Assembly (NCBI GenBank): GCA_049586675.1
Contig: JBAVCL010000007.1
Coordinates: 14,573 to 78,572, forward strand
Direction: 5' to 3'
DNA from: Dehalococcoidia bacterium
Lineage (GTDB): Bacteria; Chloroflexota; Dehalococcoidia; GIF9; AB-539-J10
DNA: 64,000 nucleotides
The position numbers were made by a program, and so were the translations under genes. This document shows positions 45,701 through 55,513 of the stretch, one piece after another; position 1 is the stretch's first letter, and each line of letters starts with the position of its first letter. The notes below the pieces were generated by a model that did no database searches, was not told the DNA's origin, and saw nothing but the letters and a program-made list of their open reading frames with translations.

Positions 45701-46867
45701 TTAGCTGATTGTCTCAAGGAAGGCTTCGACCCTAGTCCTCAGTGGGGCCAAGGCTCCTGTAGTGTAATCGTATTCTATGTAGGTGCTGGGGACGCCGAGA
45801 CCGTTGAAATAGTCTTTGAGTGAGGGCATTTCAAAGGCAAAGGGGTCACAATACCTGACGAGCAGCATTATGGCGCCGTTGATTTTCCAGTCTTTTATGA
45901 TGCCTTTAAGATAGCCGAAACGGCTTTGCAGGTCTCGAGCGTAGTCCTTTCTGGTCTCGCCGAGGGTAGCCTGCCTGAAGGTGCGGGCGCAGGTGATTTC
46001 GTTGAGATAGTAGTCGGCCAGCCCTTCCAGCGAGTCAGCAGTGAATTTCACCCCGGCTCTATAAGCTCTGATGCCGCCACAGCTTTCGTTCATCACCACA
46101 TTTGCCTTAGCTTCAAATACTTGCATGATGTCGGTATCGTCAAGAGTGCTGCTCCATATGAGGAGACGTACTGATTTCTTTTGCGGTCCGTTGGTACGGT
46201 TTTTGACTTCGCTTATAGTCTCAGCTAGCAGGTCATTTCCTTCAACTACAGGCAGGCTCGTCAGAGCTTTTACTACCTGAACGATTTCTGTCCCCGAGAT
46301 ACGGGGTGGAGACGACTTTGTCAGCTCGTATAGTTCTCTCACTAGAGTCCGCTGCCGGTTATGGAATTTAATAGCTGCCTCAAGCTTATCTGTGGACAAT
46401 TTCTTCCCGGTGAAAGCCTCCAGAGTCTTTTTGAAATCGTTTAGCTGGCTTTTGAAGTATTCCAGGGCTTCGGGACGAACTGTTATGGGCATATCTATGA
46501 AGTGGAAGTAGGGATAATTGGTATAAGATTCCCAGACGCGAGCTGTTTTTTCTTGAGGGTCGCTGGAGTGAATAGTAACCATGCCATCAAGGAAATCGTT
46601 TTTGTTTTTCAGCGCGCAATCAAGGCAGTTGCGCATGATAGGGCAGAATGAATGAGGCAAAGCCCGGTCTGCTTCAGTGACCGGTTCCTTTATATCGCCG
46701 CATGTCCTGTACGGGACGAGGTCAAGGGCCGTAAGCATCTCCAGCGGGACGTAGACGCAGGGATAGCCTATTATCTTTTTGCCCGCTGCCTTGAGCTCTC
46801 GGGCTCTCTGTGAACGATTTAAATAGATTGCTTGGGCTTTGCTGAGCCCCTTGTTTTTGTCTGACAT
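45701..46867 (-). CDS. benzoyl-CoA reductase subunit C / 2-hydroxyacyl-CoA dehydratase beta-like subunit
   Basis: 388 aa with a BcrC/BzdN/HgdB-like N-terminus (KKIIGYPCVYVPLEMLTALDLVPYR) and conserved Cys contexts. Confidence 0.7.
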   Translation of the reverse strand: MSDKNKGLSKAQAIYLNRSQRARELKAAGKKIIGYPCVYVPLEMLTALDLVPYRTCGDIKEPVTEADRALPHSFCPIMRNCLDCALKNKNDFLDGMVTIHSSDPQEKTARVWESYTNYPYFHFIDMPITVRPEALEYFKSQLNDFKKTLEAFTGKKLSTDKLEAAIKFHNRQRTLVRELYELTKSSPPRISGTEIVQVVKALTSLPVVEGNDLLAETISEVKNRTNGPQKKSVRLLIWSSTLDDTDIMQVFEAKANVVMNESCGGIRAYRAGVKFTADSLEGLADYYLNEITCARTFRQATLGETRKDYARDLQSRFGYLKGIIKDWKINGAIMLLVRYCDPFAFEMPSLKDYFNGLGVPSTYIEYDYTTGALAPLRTRVEAFLETIS

Positions 46868-46902
46868 CGCTGCCTCTTTGCTAGATGAAGTCCTGGATTA
46901 TT

Positions 46903-48246
46903 TCACCAGTCGAAACCTTCGTGCCTCCTTATCTTTTGGTAGTGCTCCATGGTTTCCTCGAATGGCTCTGCTTTGGCTAAAGCATCTTCCGGATTAAACA
47001 GGCGGAGGTCTACGATATCGCCTTCGATGCTCAGTGAGGGCACCTTCAGTTTCTCCATGAGCATGTCTGAGACGTAGGGAAGGTGGGTAGATGCGCTGCG
47101 GCAGGTGATAAGGGGATGAAGAAGCGCCCCGTCGCACTTCCATTCCCTGGCATACTTCAGGTAAGGATAGGCGGTGGTGCCGCCGAGCACGTTCTGTTTC
47201 AAGGCATCTTCGTAGTAGCCGACAAGGAACTGGAGGCTGAATTTAGTGATGCGCTCCAGTGGGTCACTGACCTTGCTGAGGTCAATGGGTATAGGTGGAT
47301 GGTAGCCAACGCTCTCAATGACGAAGTTCCATCCCCTCTCAGCCAGCTTGTCAAAAAAGCCCAGGCTATGCCAGGGGGGAAGCTCGGCGAATACCAGCCG
47401 GTATTTCTCGTTGGGTATAGCGCCGACATGGCTATTGACCCTGTCTTTGACCTCCTTATACATATCCTGGTAGAGTCTCAGTGAGTCCTCGAGGTCGCCA
47501 AGCAGGAACAGGGCAGGGGACATGGCGCTCCAGAAGTCCCGGCTGTGCATGGGGCAGGGTCTTGTCTTGCGCAGTTCGCTGACTTCATGCCAAACACGAT
47601 TAATCTCTATCATGAGATTCGCTGTTTTATCCAGCTTATCCCAGTCCATCTTCTTGCCCACCATGCTTTCCACGAAAGCAACAAAGTCCCTCAGGTGCTT
47701 AACTCCCAGTTTCACCATTCTGTCATAGTAGCCTTCGATGAAAAATTCCTTGATGCCAGGGATAGGGGCTTCCAGTGGCCATACCGGGACATCCATATAA
47801 CGCCCCAGCGCCTGAAACCACTTGTACCTGGCATCGCAAATGGCAGCCGAAGACATTAGAAATAGGGGCTTGGGCATTCCTCCGACCGGTGCCTCTGGGG
47901 GTATCTGCCCATTCAACTCTTTCATCATCCGAGATGCATAGCCCAGGGTAGTCAGGCTATAACCGCAAAGGTGGGTGGGAAACCCCTCGGCATCAGCCCG
48001 CTCCAGGTATTGCTGGGCAACTCCTGTAGCCGCGGCAATGGCGCCATAGTTTTCGGGATAGACCACTTCTATATCCATAGCTTTTAGGATGGGGTCGCCG
48101 TAGTAGAAGTTGAGCATACCCCAGACAGTAGGTTTGCCTGCTTGTATAGCTTCAACACTCTTTAGATATGTTTCGTCTACCTTGGCTCTGAGCGGGTGCA
48201 TTGATTGCAGCCGGTTTATCGTCTTTTTTCCCTTTTCTCCAACCAT
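46903..48246 (-). CDS. benzoyl-CoA reductase subunit B / 2-hydroxyacyl-CoA dehydratase alpha-like subunit
   Basis: 447 aa, of BcrB/BzdO/HgdA-like length. First gene of the four-gene minus-strand cluster. Confidence 0.7.
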   Translation of the reverse strand: MVGEKGKKTINRLQSMHPLRAKVDETYLKSVEAIQAGKPTVWGMLNFYYGDPILKAMDIEVVYPENYGAIAAATGVAQQYLERADAEGFPTHLCGYSLTTLGYASRMMKELNGQIPPEAPVGGMPKPLFLMSSAAICDARYKWFQALGRYMDVPVWPLEAPIPGIKEFFIEGYYDRMVKLGVKHLRDFVAFVESMVGKKMDWDKLDKTANLMIEINRVWHEVSELRKTRPCPMHSRDFWSAMSPALFLLGDLEDSLRLYQDMYKEVKDRVNSHVGAIPNEKYRLVFAELPPWHSLGFFDKLAERGWNFVIESVGYHPPIPIDLSKVSDPLERITKFSLQFLVGYYEDALKQNVLGGTTAYPYLKYAREWKCDGALLHPLITCRSASTHLPYVSDMLMEKLKVPSLSIEGDIVDLRLFNPEDALAKAEPFEETMEHYQKIRRHEGFDW

Positions 48247-48634
48247 AACTAATTTACCTCCTGAGAAAATTCACCTGGTGCTTCGGTAGTTAATGCATGC
48301 TAGCATAAAAAAGAACGGAGGGCGAGTGCTATATCACAAATTTACTGACATTTTACCAAGTTGATGAAATTCTCGACATTGTCCTCTATCCTCTCAGCAA
48401 AAACACCTTCAGCTTTGTGGAAAGCTATATACTAGTCTTTGTACATGGCTAACCTTAGCTTTGCTGCCGCCTCGTTTGACAAATTTCTTACACCTTGTTT
48501 CAATTATGTTGATTCTTTGCAGATGCCTAAAGATATCATTTTTAGGATTTGCTCGTTATTCTTTGGAAATGTCTTATGCCCGAATAAATTGATTACAGGT
48601 AAGGCACATTATTTATAGAAGGGAGAAGTCATTC

Positions 48635-49990
48635 ATGAAATCGCTGCTAGACGGAATACTAGTACTGGATTTCACCCATTGGATCGCTGGACCCTACGCA
48701 GCTCTGTTTTTGGCAGATATGGGGGCGGAGGTGATCAAGATCGAACCACCGGAGGGTGCCGAAGAAAGACAAACCGGCAATACACTAAGATACCAAGGAA
48801 ATACGCGGATGTCTCTTACCCTGAACCGAGGGAAAAAGGGCCTGTGTGTGGATTTGAAAAGCGAAACCGGCAAAAAAATCGTATACCAGTTGGCGGAGAA
48901 AGCAGATATCGTTATACAGAATTATGCCCCCGGTGTTGCCAAAAAACTGGGTATCGATTATGAGACCCTTTCCAAAATCAACAATAAAATCATTTTCATC
49001 TCCTCCACCGCCTTCGGGGAGAGCGGTCCCTACAGTTCCCGCAGGGGGTTTGATATCATCGCACACGCTGCTTCTGGTGTCATGGGTATGTACGCCGATG
49101 AAATGGGCAATCCCAAAGGACCTGGCGGGTCAGCTTATGTTGATATCAGCACAGCGATGTTAAACGCCATGAGCGCGCTCGCCGCACTTTACTACCGAAG
49201 CCAGACCGGCGTCGGTCAGAAAATTGAAACCTCGCTCTTCAATACGGGAATGGCATTGCTAGCACCCGGTCTAATACGGATTGAAAAACTAGACAAGGAG
49301 CTACACCAAAACATGCTGGAGGTTCTCAAAACTGCTCGTGCCAATAACATAAAACATACTCAGATAATCGATAGATTTGCTCTCATGAGCTTGCGCAATG
49401 AACAGCCGGAATCCACCCGAGATATAGAGGTGCCAGATTGTAATCACCGACCATCAGACCGTCAGGTGTTTGCCTATTATCGTGTTTATCAGACCAAAGA
49501 CGGATTCATGAGCATCGCAGCTTTAACTCCCAGACAACGTTTGACCATGTGTGCTGTCCTGGGAGTTGAGGACAAGTTTGCCCATCTAAATTTGGGGGAC
49601 GGCAATGATCAAACTTACTTTTATCAGAAAGAGGTCATGAAGAAGATAGAAGATATCCTAGGTGAGAAAACCACCAGCGAGTGGATTGAGATCTTGGAAA
49701 AAGCAGGCGTGCCCTGCGGGCCCGTAAATTATGGTGTGACCCTATATAATGATCCTCACGCCCTGGCTCACAACCTGATATGGTCCTTGGAAAATCCGGT
49801 TTCCGGTCCATACAAAATGGCGGGAAATCCGATTAAATTCACTAAGACCCCCATCAAACCTACTAAAGGAGCTCCTGCGCTAGGAGAAAACAGTGTAGAA
49901 ATCGTAAAGAGGCTGGGATATTCTGATGAGCAAATCGAAGAATTGAAAAAACAGGGGGTAATCAAAGATTTCTGGCAGCCTACAAGCTAG
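48635..49990 (+). CDS. family III CoA-transferase (CaiB/BaiF type)
   Basis: N-terminus LDGILVLDFTHWIAGPYAALFLADMGAEVIKIEPP is typical of the family. 451 aa. Divergent from the reductase-like cluster. Confidence 0.85.
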   Translation: MKSLLDGILVLDFTHWIAGPYAALFLADMGAEVIKIEPPEGAEERQTGNTLRYQGNTRMSLTLNRGKKGLCVDLKSETGKKIVYQLAEKADIVIQNYAPGVAKKLGIDYETLSKINNKIIFISSTAFGESGPYSSRRGFDIIAHAASGVMGMYADEMGNPKGPGGSAYVDISTAMLNAMSALAALYYRSQTGVGQKIETSLFNTGMALLAPGLIRIEKLDKELHQNMLEVLKTARANNIKHTQIIDRFALMSLRNEQPESTRDIEVPDCNHRPSDRQVFAYYRVYQTKDGFMSIAALTPRQRLTMCAVLGVEDKFAHLNLGDGNDQTYFYQKEVMKKIEDILGEKTTSEWIEILEKAGVPCGPVNYGVTLYNDPHALAHNLIWSLENPVSGPYKMAGNPIKFTKTPIKPTKGAPALGENSVEIVKRLGYSDEQIEELKKQGVIKDFWQPTS

Positions 49991-50014
49991 TTGTAGGGAG
50001 TTTGTTCAGATAGA

Positions 50015-50216
50015 TTAGTGACACTTCATATGTTTGTAACGTTGGGTAATAACCTCCTGTGTCATTGCGAGCCGAAGGCGTGGCAATCTTTGGGGATTGC
50101 TTCGGCTGGCTTCGCCAGCCTCGCAATGACAAGGCAGCGCCGAGATTTCGAAGCCTGTTCCGGAGCGTAAGCGAGGAATCTTCGCTCCTCACAATGACAA
50201 AGAGATGTGTCACTAA
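50015..50216. mobile_element. MITE-like palindromic element, copy 3 (202 bp, best preserved)
   Basis: Perfect 10-bp terminal inverted repeats ttagtgacac (50015-50024) and gtgtcactaa (50207-50216). Internal gtcattgcgagccgaagg...ctcgcaatgacaa and gcgaggaatcttcgctcctcacaatgaca. Confidence 0.6.
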
Positions 50217-50346
50217 GGTGGTGAACGAGGACACAGACTTGACAATTTAGAATCTTACTTTTTATAATGAAAAGAAACCCAGGTTTGCTCCGCCTTTTGG
50301 GATCGACTTACAAGGTTTGGTTTTCTCTATACTCTTGTAATAAACA

Positions 50347-51975
50347 GTGAGTAAGTATATTTTCGTTACTGGTGGCGTAGTTAGTTCTGTAGGTAAGGGA
50401 GTTTCGGTAGCCTCTATCGGCAAAATATTGAAAAGCCGTGGCATATCTGTCTCTGTGCAGAAGCTTGATCCTTACCTGAATGTTGACCCGGGGACAATGT
50501 CCCCTTATCAACATGGTGAAGTTTTTGTTACTCAAGACGGTGCTGAGACTGATTTGGATTTAGGACATTACGAGAGATTTATTGGAGTGGAGCTGACCCA
50601 AGCTTCTAACGTCACTTCCGGTCAAGTATATTTTTCGGTCATTGCTCAGGAGAGGCGAGGAGATTTTCTGGGAGGCACAATTCAGGTGGTTCCTCACGTA
50701 ACCACTGAAATAAAGAGCAGGATAAGGAAAGTAGCCGAAATATCTCAGGCTGAGGTAATTATTGTTGAAGTTGGTGGTACTGTGGGGGATATTGAAGGAC
50801 AACCATTCCTCGAAGCTATAAGACAAATGAGAAAGGATGAAGGTAGAGATAATGTGTTATATATTCATGTCACCTTTTTGCCACACATCGCTGCCACCGA
50901 TGAACTCAAAACCAAGCCCACTCAGCACAGTGTCAATGAGCTAAGGAGAATTGGTATTCAGCCTGATGCTATACTGTGCCGCAGCGATAAGGAAATATCT
51001 GAAGGGATAAAGGACAAAATATCGCTATTTTGTGATGTAGATAAAGAGGCGGTTATTCCCTTGGTTACCAGCGAAACCATTTATGAGGTGCCTCTACTGC
51101 TTGAGGATGCCGGCTTAGGAGAGTTCATAGTTCGCCGATTGGGATTAAGAGCCGGGAAAAGCAATTTAGAAGAATGGCGAGACATGGTAGCCAGACTGAA
51201 AGCCCCCAAAGAGCCCGTAATTATTGGGTTGGTAGGCAAATACGTGGGGCTCCGAGATGCGTATTACTCCGTGCGCGAAGCATTGTGCCATGCAGCACTA
51301 GCTCACAACCGCGCAGTGAAAATAGAGTGGTTGGATTCAGAGCAATTGGATGGCATGGCCGATGATAAGCTTGGGCAAGTTCAAGGGATAATTGTTCCTG
51401 GTGGCTTTGGTTATCGAGGAATTGAAGGCATGATAAAAGCTGCCAAATTTGCCCGTGAAAGGGGAATCCCTTACTTGGGTTTATGCTTGGGGATGCAAAT
51501 TATGGTCATCGAGCTTGGTCGTCATGTTTTTCATACCGACAAAGTAAATTCCACTGAGTTTGATGCTAGTAGTGCTTATCCTGTCATTGATCTCCTCCCT
51601 GAACAGCATAGCGTGGAGCAAAAGGGAGGGACCATGAGGCTCGGGACTTATCCCTGTCATCTGGTAGCGGGAACAATAGCAGCTCGTGCCTATAGCACTG
51701 AAGTGGCCTATGAAAGGCATCGCCACCGCTATGAGTTCAACAATCAATTCCGCCAGCCGTTGGGAGAAGCTGGTCTTATACCCTCTGGGTTATCCCCTGA
51801 TGGGAGGTTAGTGGAAATTACTGAAATGCGAGATCATCCCTGGATGCTGGCCTGCCAATTTCACCCTGAGTTCAAATCTCGCCCCGATTCTCCTCACCCG
51901 CTATTCCTGGGATTTATCGAGGCAGCCAAGGAAACGCTTGTTGAAGGTGCTCAAACGAGCCTACCTTTAAATTAA
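50347..51975 (+). CDS. pyrG: CTP synthase
   Basis: GTG start. [18 protein letters not shown] and the glutaminase motif GLCLGMQ. 542 aa. Confidence 0.93.
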   Translation: MSKYIFVTGGVVSSVGKGVSVASIGKILKSRGISVSVQKLDPYLNVDPGTMSPYQHGEVFVTQDGAETDLDLGHYERFIGVELTQASNVTSGQVYFSVIAQERRGDFLGGTIQVVPHVTTEIKSRIRKVAEISQAEVIIVEVGGTVGDIEGQPFLEAIRQMRKDEGRDNVLYIHVTFLPHIAATDELKTKPTQHSVNELRRIGIQPDAILCRSDKEISEGIKDKISLFCDVDKEAVIPLVTSETIYEVPLLLEDAGLGEFIVRRLGLRAGKSNLEEWRDMVARLKAPKEPVIIGLVGKYVGLRDAYYSVREALCHAALAHNRAVKIEWLDSEQLDGMADDKLGQVQGIIVPGGFGYRGIEGMIKAAKFARERGIPYLGLCLGMQIMVIELGRHVFHTDKVNSTEFDASSAYPVIDLLPEQHSVEQKGGTMRLGTYPCHLVAGTIAARAYSTEVAYERHRHRYEFNNQFRQPLGEAGLIPSGLSPDGRLVEITEMRDHPWMLACQFHPEFKSRPDSPHPLFLGFIEAAKETLVEGAQTSLPLN

Positions 51976-51979
51976 GAAG

Positions 51980-52660
51980 ATGAAGATATTTTTAGATACT
52001 GCTAATATAGAGCATATTCGCCATGGGGTGGGGCTAGGGGTGGTTACAGGGGTAACTACTAATCCCAGCATTGTATCGAGAGAAGGCAAGGTGGATTATC
52101 GAAAGTTAGTCCAGGAAATTTGTTCCATTGTTCCTGGACCGGTATCCACTGAAGTATTGGGTCAGGATGTTCAATCAATGGTAGCTGAAGCCAAAGAAAT
52201 AGCCAAATGGGCGGAGAACATTGTGGTTAAGATACCCGCTAGCCTTGAAGGAGTAGAGGCCACTTCAGTGCTGGCCAGGGAAAATATAAAGGTGAATTTC
52301 ACTTTATGCTTCACATTGAACCAGGCTTTACTGGGGGCAGCAGCAGGGGCCACTTTTGTAAGCCCTTTTGTGGGCAGATTGGATGATATTGGCGAGGATG
52401 GTATGAAAGTGGTGGCTGAAATTGTGGAATACCTCGATTATTATCAACTACCTACTCAGGTTATCGCTGCCAGCATCAGGCATCCTCAACATTGTTTCAT
52501 GGCAGCTAAGGTCGGTGCCCATATTGCCACAGTGCCATACGAAGTGCTGCTACAAATGATACGGCACCCCCTAACAGATATCGGCATTGAGCGTTTTAGG
52601 AATGACTGGAAGAAGGTGATGGGCGAGAAAGAAATTGTAAAAGCCCGCACCAAATTGTAG
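51980..52660 (+). CDS. fructose-6-phosphate aldolase / short transaldolase
   Basis: MKIFLDTANIEHI and VVKIPAS (Schiff-base Lys context). 226 aa. Confidence 0.85.
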   Translation: MKIFLDTANIEHIRHGVGLGVVTGVTTNPSIVSREGKVDYRKLVQEICSIVPGPVSTEVLGQDVQSMVAEAKEIAKWAENIVVKIPASLEGVEATSVLARENIKVNFTLCFTLNQALLGAAAGATFVSPFVGRLDDIGEDGMKVVAEIVEYLDYYQLPTQVIAASIRHPQHCFMAAKVGAHIATVPYEVLLQMIRHPLTDIGIERFRNDWKKVMGEKEIVKARTKL

Positions 52661-52679
52661 AATCTGAAGAGAGGCTGGT

Positions 52680-53945
52680 ATGTCAACCCTAGTGGAATTG
52701 GAAAGTAAAAATCGGGATGAGCTAGAGGCTATAGCTAAGGAGTGTGGCATCATCGGCTACTCTGCTTTGAAGAAGCCCGAGCTTATCAACCGCATCCTGC
52801 AAGCGGAAGCACAACAGCAGGGGAATATATTTATGACAGGCGTCCTGGAAACCATCAGCGAGGGCTACGGCTTCCTACGACAGGATACTTTCCGGCGTGG
52901 TGCCAATGATGTCTATGTATCAAATTCCCAAATCCGCCGTTTCAACTTAAGAGACGGCGATGCTATTTGTGGCCAAGCTAGACCTCCTAAAGAAGGCGAG
53001 AAATACTATAGCTTACTTCGAGTAGAGAGTATCAATGGAATCGACCCTGAACTGGCAAGGACGCGCCGCAATTTTGGTTCGTTGACGCCCACCTTCGCTA
53101 ACAAGCTCATCAATCTGGAAACAACGTCAGACGAGATATCCACCCGTCTAATCAATCTGGTGGCACCTATAGGCCGGGGGCAAAGAGGGCTTATTGTATC
53201 ACCACCTAAGGCAGGCAAGACTGTGCTTCTTCAAAAAATTGCCAACGCCATAACTACTAACTACAATGATATTCACCTCATGGTTTGCCTTATTGGAGAA
53301 AGGCCCGAAGAGGTCACCGATATGAAGAGGTCAGTTAAGGCCGAGGTTATTGCTGCCACCTTTGATGAACCAGTAGAAAGCCAGACTCGGGTAGCGGAAT
53401 TAGCATTAGAGAGAGCCAAAAGGCTAGTAGAAATGGGCAAAGATGTGGTCATACTCCTGGACGGCATTACCAGACTTACAAGAGCTTACAACTTAGCCCT
53501 GCCCCCTAGCGGGCGTACTTTATCTGGTGGTATCGATTCAACAGCCTTGCATCCCCCCAAGCGCTTCTTCGGTACTGCTCGCAACAGTGAAGAGGGTGGG
53601 AGTCTAACCATTATTGCTACTTGCCTCGTGGATACAGGCAGCCGCATGGATGACCTCATATATGAAGAGTTTAAGGGAACAGGTAACATGGAACTCCACT
53701 TAGATAGAAAATTATCTGAGCGAAGGATTTTCCCGGCTATAGATATTACGCCCAGCGGCACAAGGAGAGAAGAGCTTTTGCTGGATGAAAATACCTTGAA
53801 ACAAGTATGGCTGCTCAGGCGCGTGGTTAGTATGATAGATAGCGATTCCTCTAATCACGGCGAGGCTACACAAAGGATCTTGGAAAGGCTAGCTAAGACA
53901 AAGAATAACGCTGAATTCTTAGCCACTTTATCTAAGGATATCTAG
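52680..53945 (+). CDS. rho: transcription termination factor Rho
   Basis: Rho N-terminal domain, an RNA-binding OB segment (GYGFLR), and Walker A GQRGLIVSPPKAGKT. 421 aa. Confidence 0.92.
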   Translation: MSTLVELESKNRDELEAIAKECGIIGYSALKKPELINRILQAEAQQQGNIFMTGVLETISEGYGFLRQDTFRRGANDVYVSNSQIRRFNLRDGDAICGQARPPKEGEKYYSLLRVESINGIDPELARTRRNFGSLTPTFANKLINLETTSDEISTRLINLVAPIGRGQRGLIVSPPKAGKTVLLQKIANAITTNYNDIHLMVCLIGERPEEVTDMKRSVKAEVIAATFDEPVESQTRVAELALERAKRLVEMGKDVVILLDGITRLTRAYNLALPPSGRTLSGGIDSTALHPPKRFFGTARNSEEGGSLTIIATCLVDTGSRMDDLIYEEFKGTGNMELHLDRKLSERRIFPAIDITPSGTRREELLLDENTLKQVWLLRRVVSMIDSDSSNHGEATQRILERLAKTKNNAEFLATLSKDI

Positions 53946-54047
53946 GGAATATTATTGCCCCGGCTGCCGCTCCAAACCGAAGTGAAGAAACGAAGCAATC
54001 CCAGCTGGCTGGACAAATTCAGACTGGGGGTCAAAAAAGCCCTTGGT

Positions 54048-54158
54048 ATGAATGTTTTTCTTTGTAGCAGTTGTAAATGGGACTGGAGAACTGCTTGTCA
54101 TCATCCTGAGCGCCCCAACGCCACCTGGTGTCCTGATTACGCGAAGAAGGGGAGATAA
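54048..54158 (+). CDS. hypothetical 36-aa Cys/Trp-rich peptide (tentative; track ORF extends to TTG 53955)
   Basis: MNVFLCSSCKWDWRTACHHPERPNATWCPDYAKKGR has CxxC...C..H...C spacing suggesting a zinc knuckle. No family was recognised. Confidence 0.3.
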   Translation: MNVFLCSSCKWDWRTACHHPERPNATWCPDYAKKGR

Positions 54159-54656
54159 TTAAATTCTTGGTTGATATGGGGAAATGAATTCTATCTTACT
54201 GAAATAATCCCCTTCTGAACTTCTACTCATCTAGATTGCCTTGATAGTAAAAGGCATTCTTTATCCTAGTTTGTTTACGAATGAACAAGTACTTGATGTG
54301 GGGGCCAGCAACCTGCCCCTGCATCAGAAGACAGCAGAATGTCAGCTCTTGGACATGCTACCTTTCTCAGTGAGAGGCAAGGGGAGGGAATTATAAAGAA
54401 TTTTGATGTCAATAACAATTTGTATCACCAAGGAATGACTATTGATGCTAGAATAAAGGAACTTGAGAGAAAGGAAAGGGGCTATTGCTATGACAATCGC
54501 TATACCGGGGGCCAGCTCTGGGTTTGATGCTCAGGCAGGCCCTCGTTTCAGGACACGTGTCAACATTTCATCATTGTTGATCTCCAAAACATGCGATTCG
54601 GGTCTTTCTCTATGCTTTTAAGAATATCCGACAGATAATCCGAGGCAAGTGGTGAA

Positions 54657-54869
54657 ATGATGGACTGGCAAGAAGTTGCCGTGGATGGCGAGAGACATGT
54701 CAGGAGGCTAGTAGATATGTATGAAGAGCTAGGCTTTGAAGTTCGCCTGGAGGAAGTCAAGCCTGAGGAAGTGGAGCATTGTACTAAATGTCTGCAGGAG
54801 AGCGGTGAGAAGATATACCGAGTTTATGCACGACGTAAGCAAGAAGCTCGAGAGCGAAAGAGGTCATAA
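54657..54869 (+). CDS. hypothetical 70-aa acidic/basic protein
   Basis: ORF MMDWQEVAVDGERHVRRLVDMYEELGFEVRLEEV...CTKC... ends 30 nt upstream of coaE. No recognised motif. Confidence 0.4.
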   Translation: MMDWQEVAVDGERHVRRLVDMYEELGFEVRLEEVKPEEVEHCTKCLQESGEKIYRVYARRKQEARERKRS

Positions 54870-54898
54870 TAACTCTTGTTTGCGTCAATAGGGAACAA

Positions 54899-55513
54899 AT
54901 GATTATTGTTGGTCTGACAGGAAGTGTGGGCACGGGCAAAAGCACGGTAACCAATTTTTTTAGGGAACTGGGGGCTTATATAATTGATTGGGATGAGCTA
55001 GCGCGGGAGGTAATCCGTCCTCATTCAAAATCTTGGAAAGAAATAGCAGAGTATTTTGGAAAAGGTATTTTGAATGATGACCTGACCATCAATCGGCAGA
55101 AACTGGCCGATATAGTATTTTCTGACAAAGAAAAGTTGGCAAAGCTAAATCAGATAGTCCATCCCGAGGTGTTTAAGGAAGACGAAAGAATTACAAACGA
55201 GATCAAAAGCCTTGACCCCAATGCTCTAATTATTAAGGATATTCCGTTACTATTTGAGCTTACTCGCCCTATATTTGTGGATAAAATAGTCGTTGTTTCT
55301 GCTAGTGAACAAACTCAATTAAGAAGATTAAAAGAAAAGGGGATGAGACGGAAGGATGCCCAAAGGAGGATAAAATCTCAACTTCCCCTTGAGAAAAAGA
55401 TTAAATCTGCCGATTTTGTTATTAATAATGATGGTCCGCTTGAGGAGACAAAGAGGCAGGTGGAGGAAATATACTCTTTGTTGAGGAGCAGAGAAAATGG
55501 CAAAAAAATTTGA
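54899..55513 (+). CDS. coaE: dephospho-CoA kinase
   Basis: MIIVGLTGSVGTGKST P-loop, about 200 aa, and typical DELAREV...VHP motifs. Confidence 0.88.
   Translation: MIIVGLTGSVGTGKSTVTNFFRELGAYIIDWDELAREVIRPHSKSWKEIAEYFGKGILNDDLTINRQKLADIVFSDKEKLAKLNQIVHPEVFKEDERITNEIKSLDPNALIIKDIPLLFELTRPIFVDKIVVVSASEQTQLRRLKEKGMRRKDAQRRIKSQLPLEKKIKSADFVINNDGPLEETKRQVEEIYSLLRSRENGKKI

Noticed and set aside
54339-54760. Track ORFs 54339-54527 (+) and 54560-54760 (-).
   Set aside because: They have no ribosome-binding sites and no recognisable motifs. The minus-strand ORF is antisense to the more plausible 70-aa plus-strand ORF.
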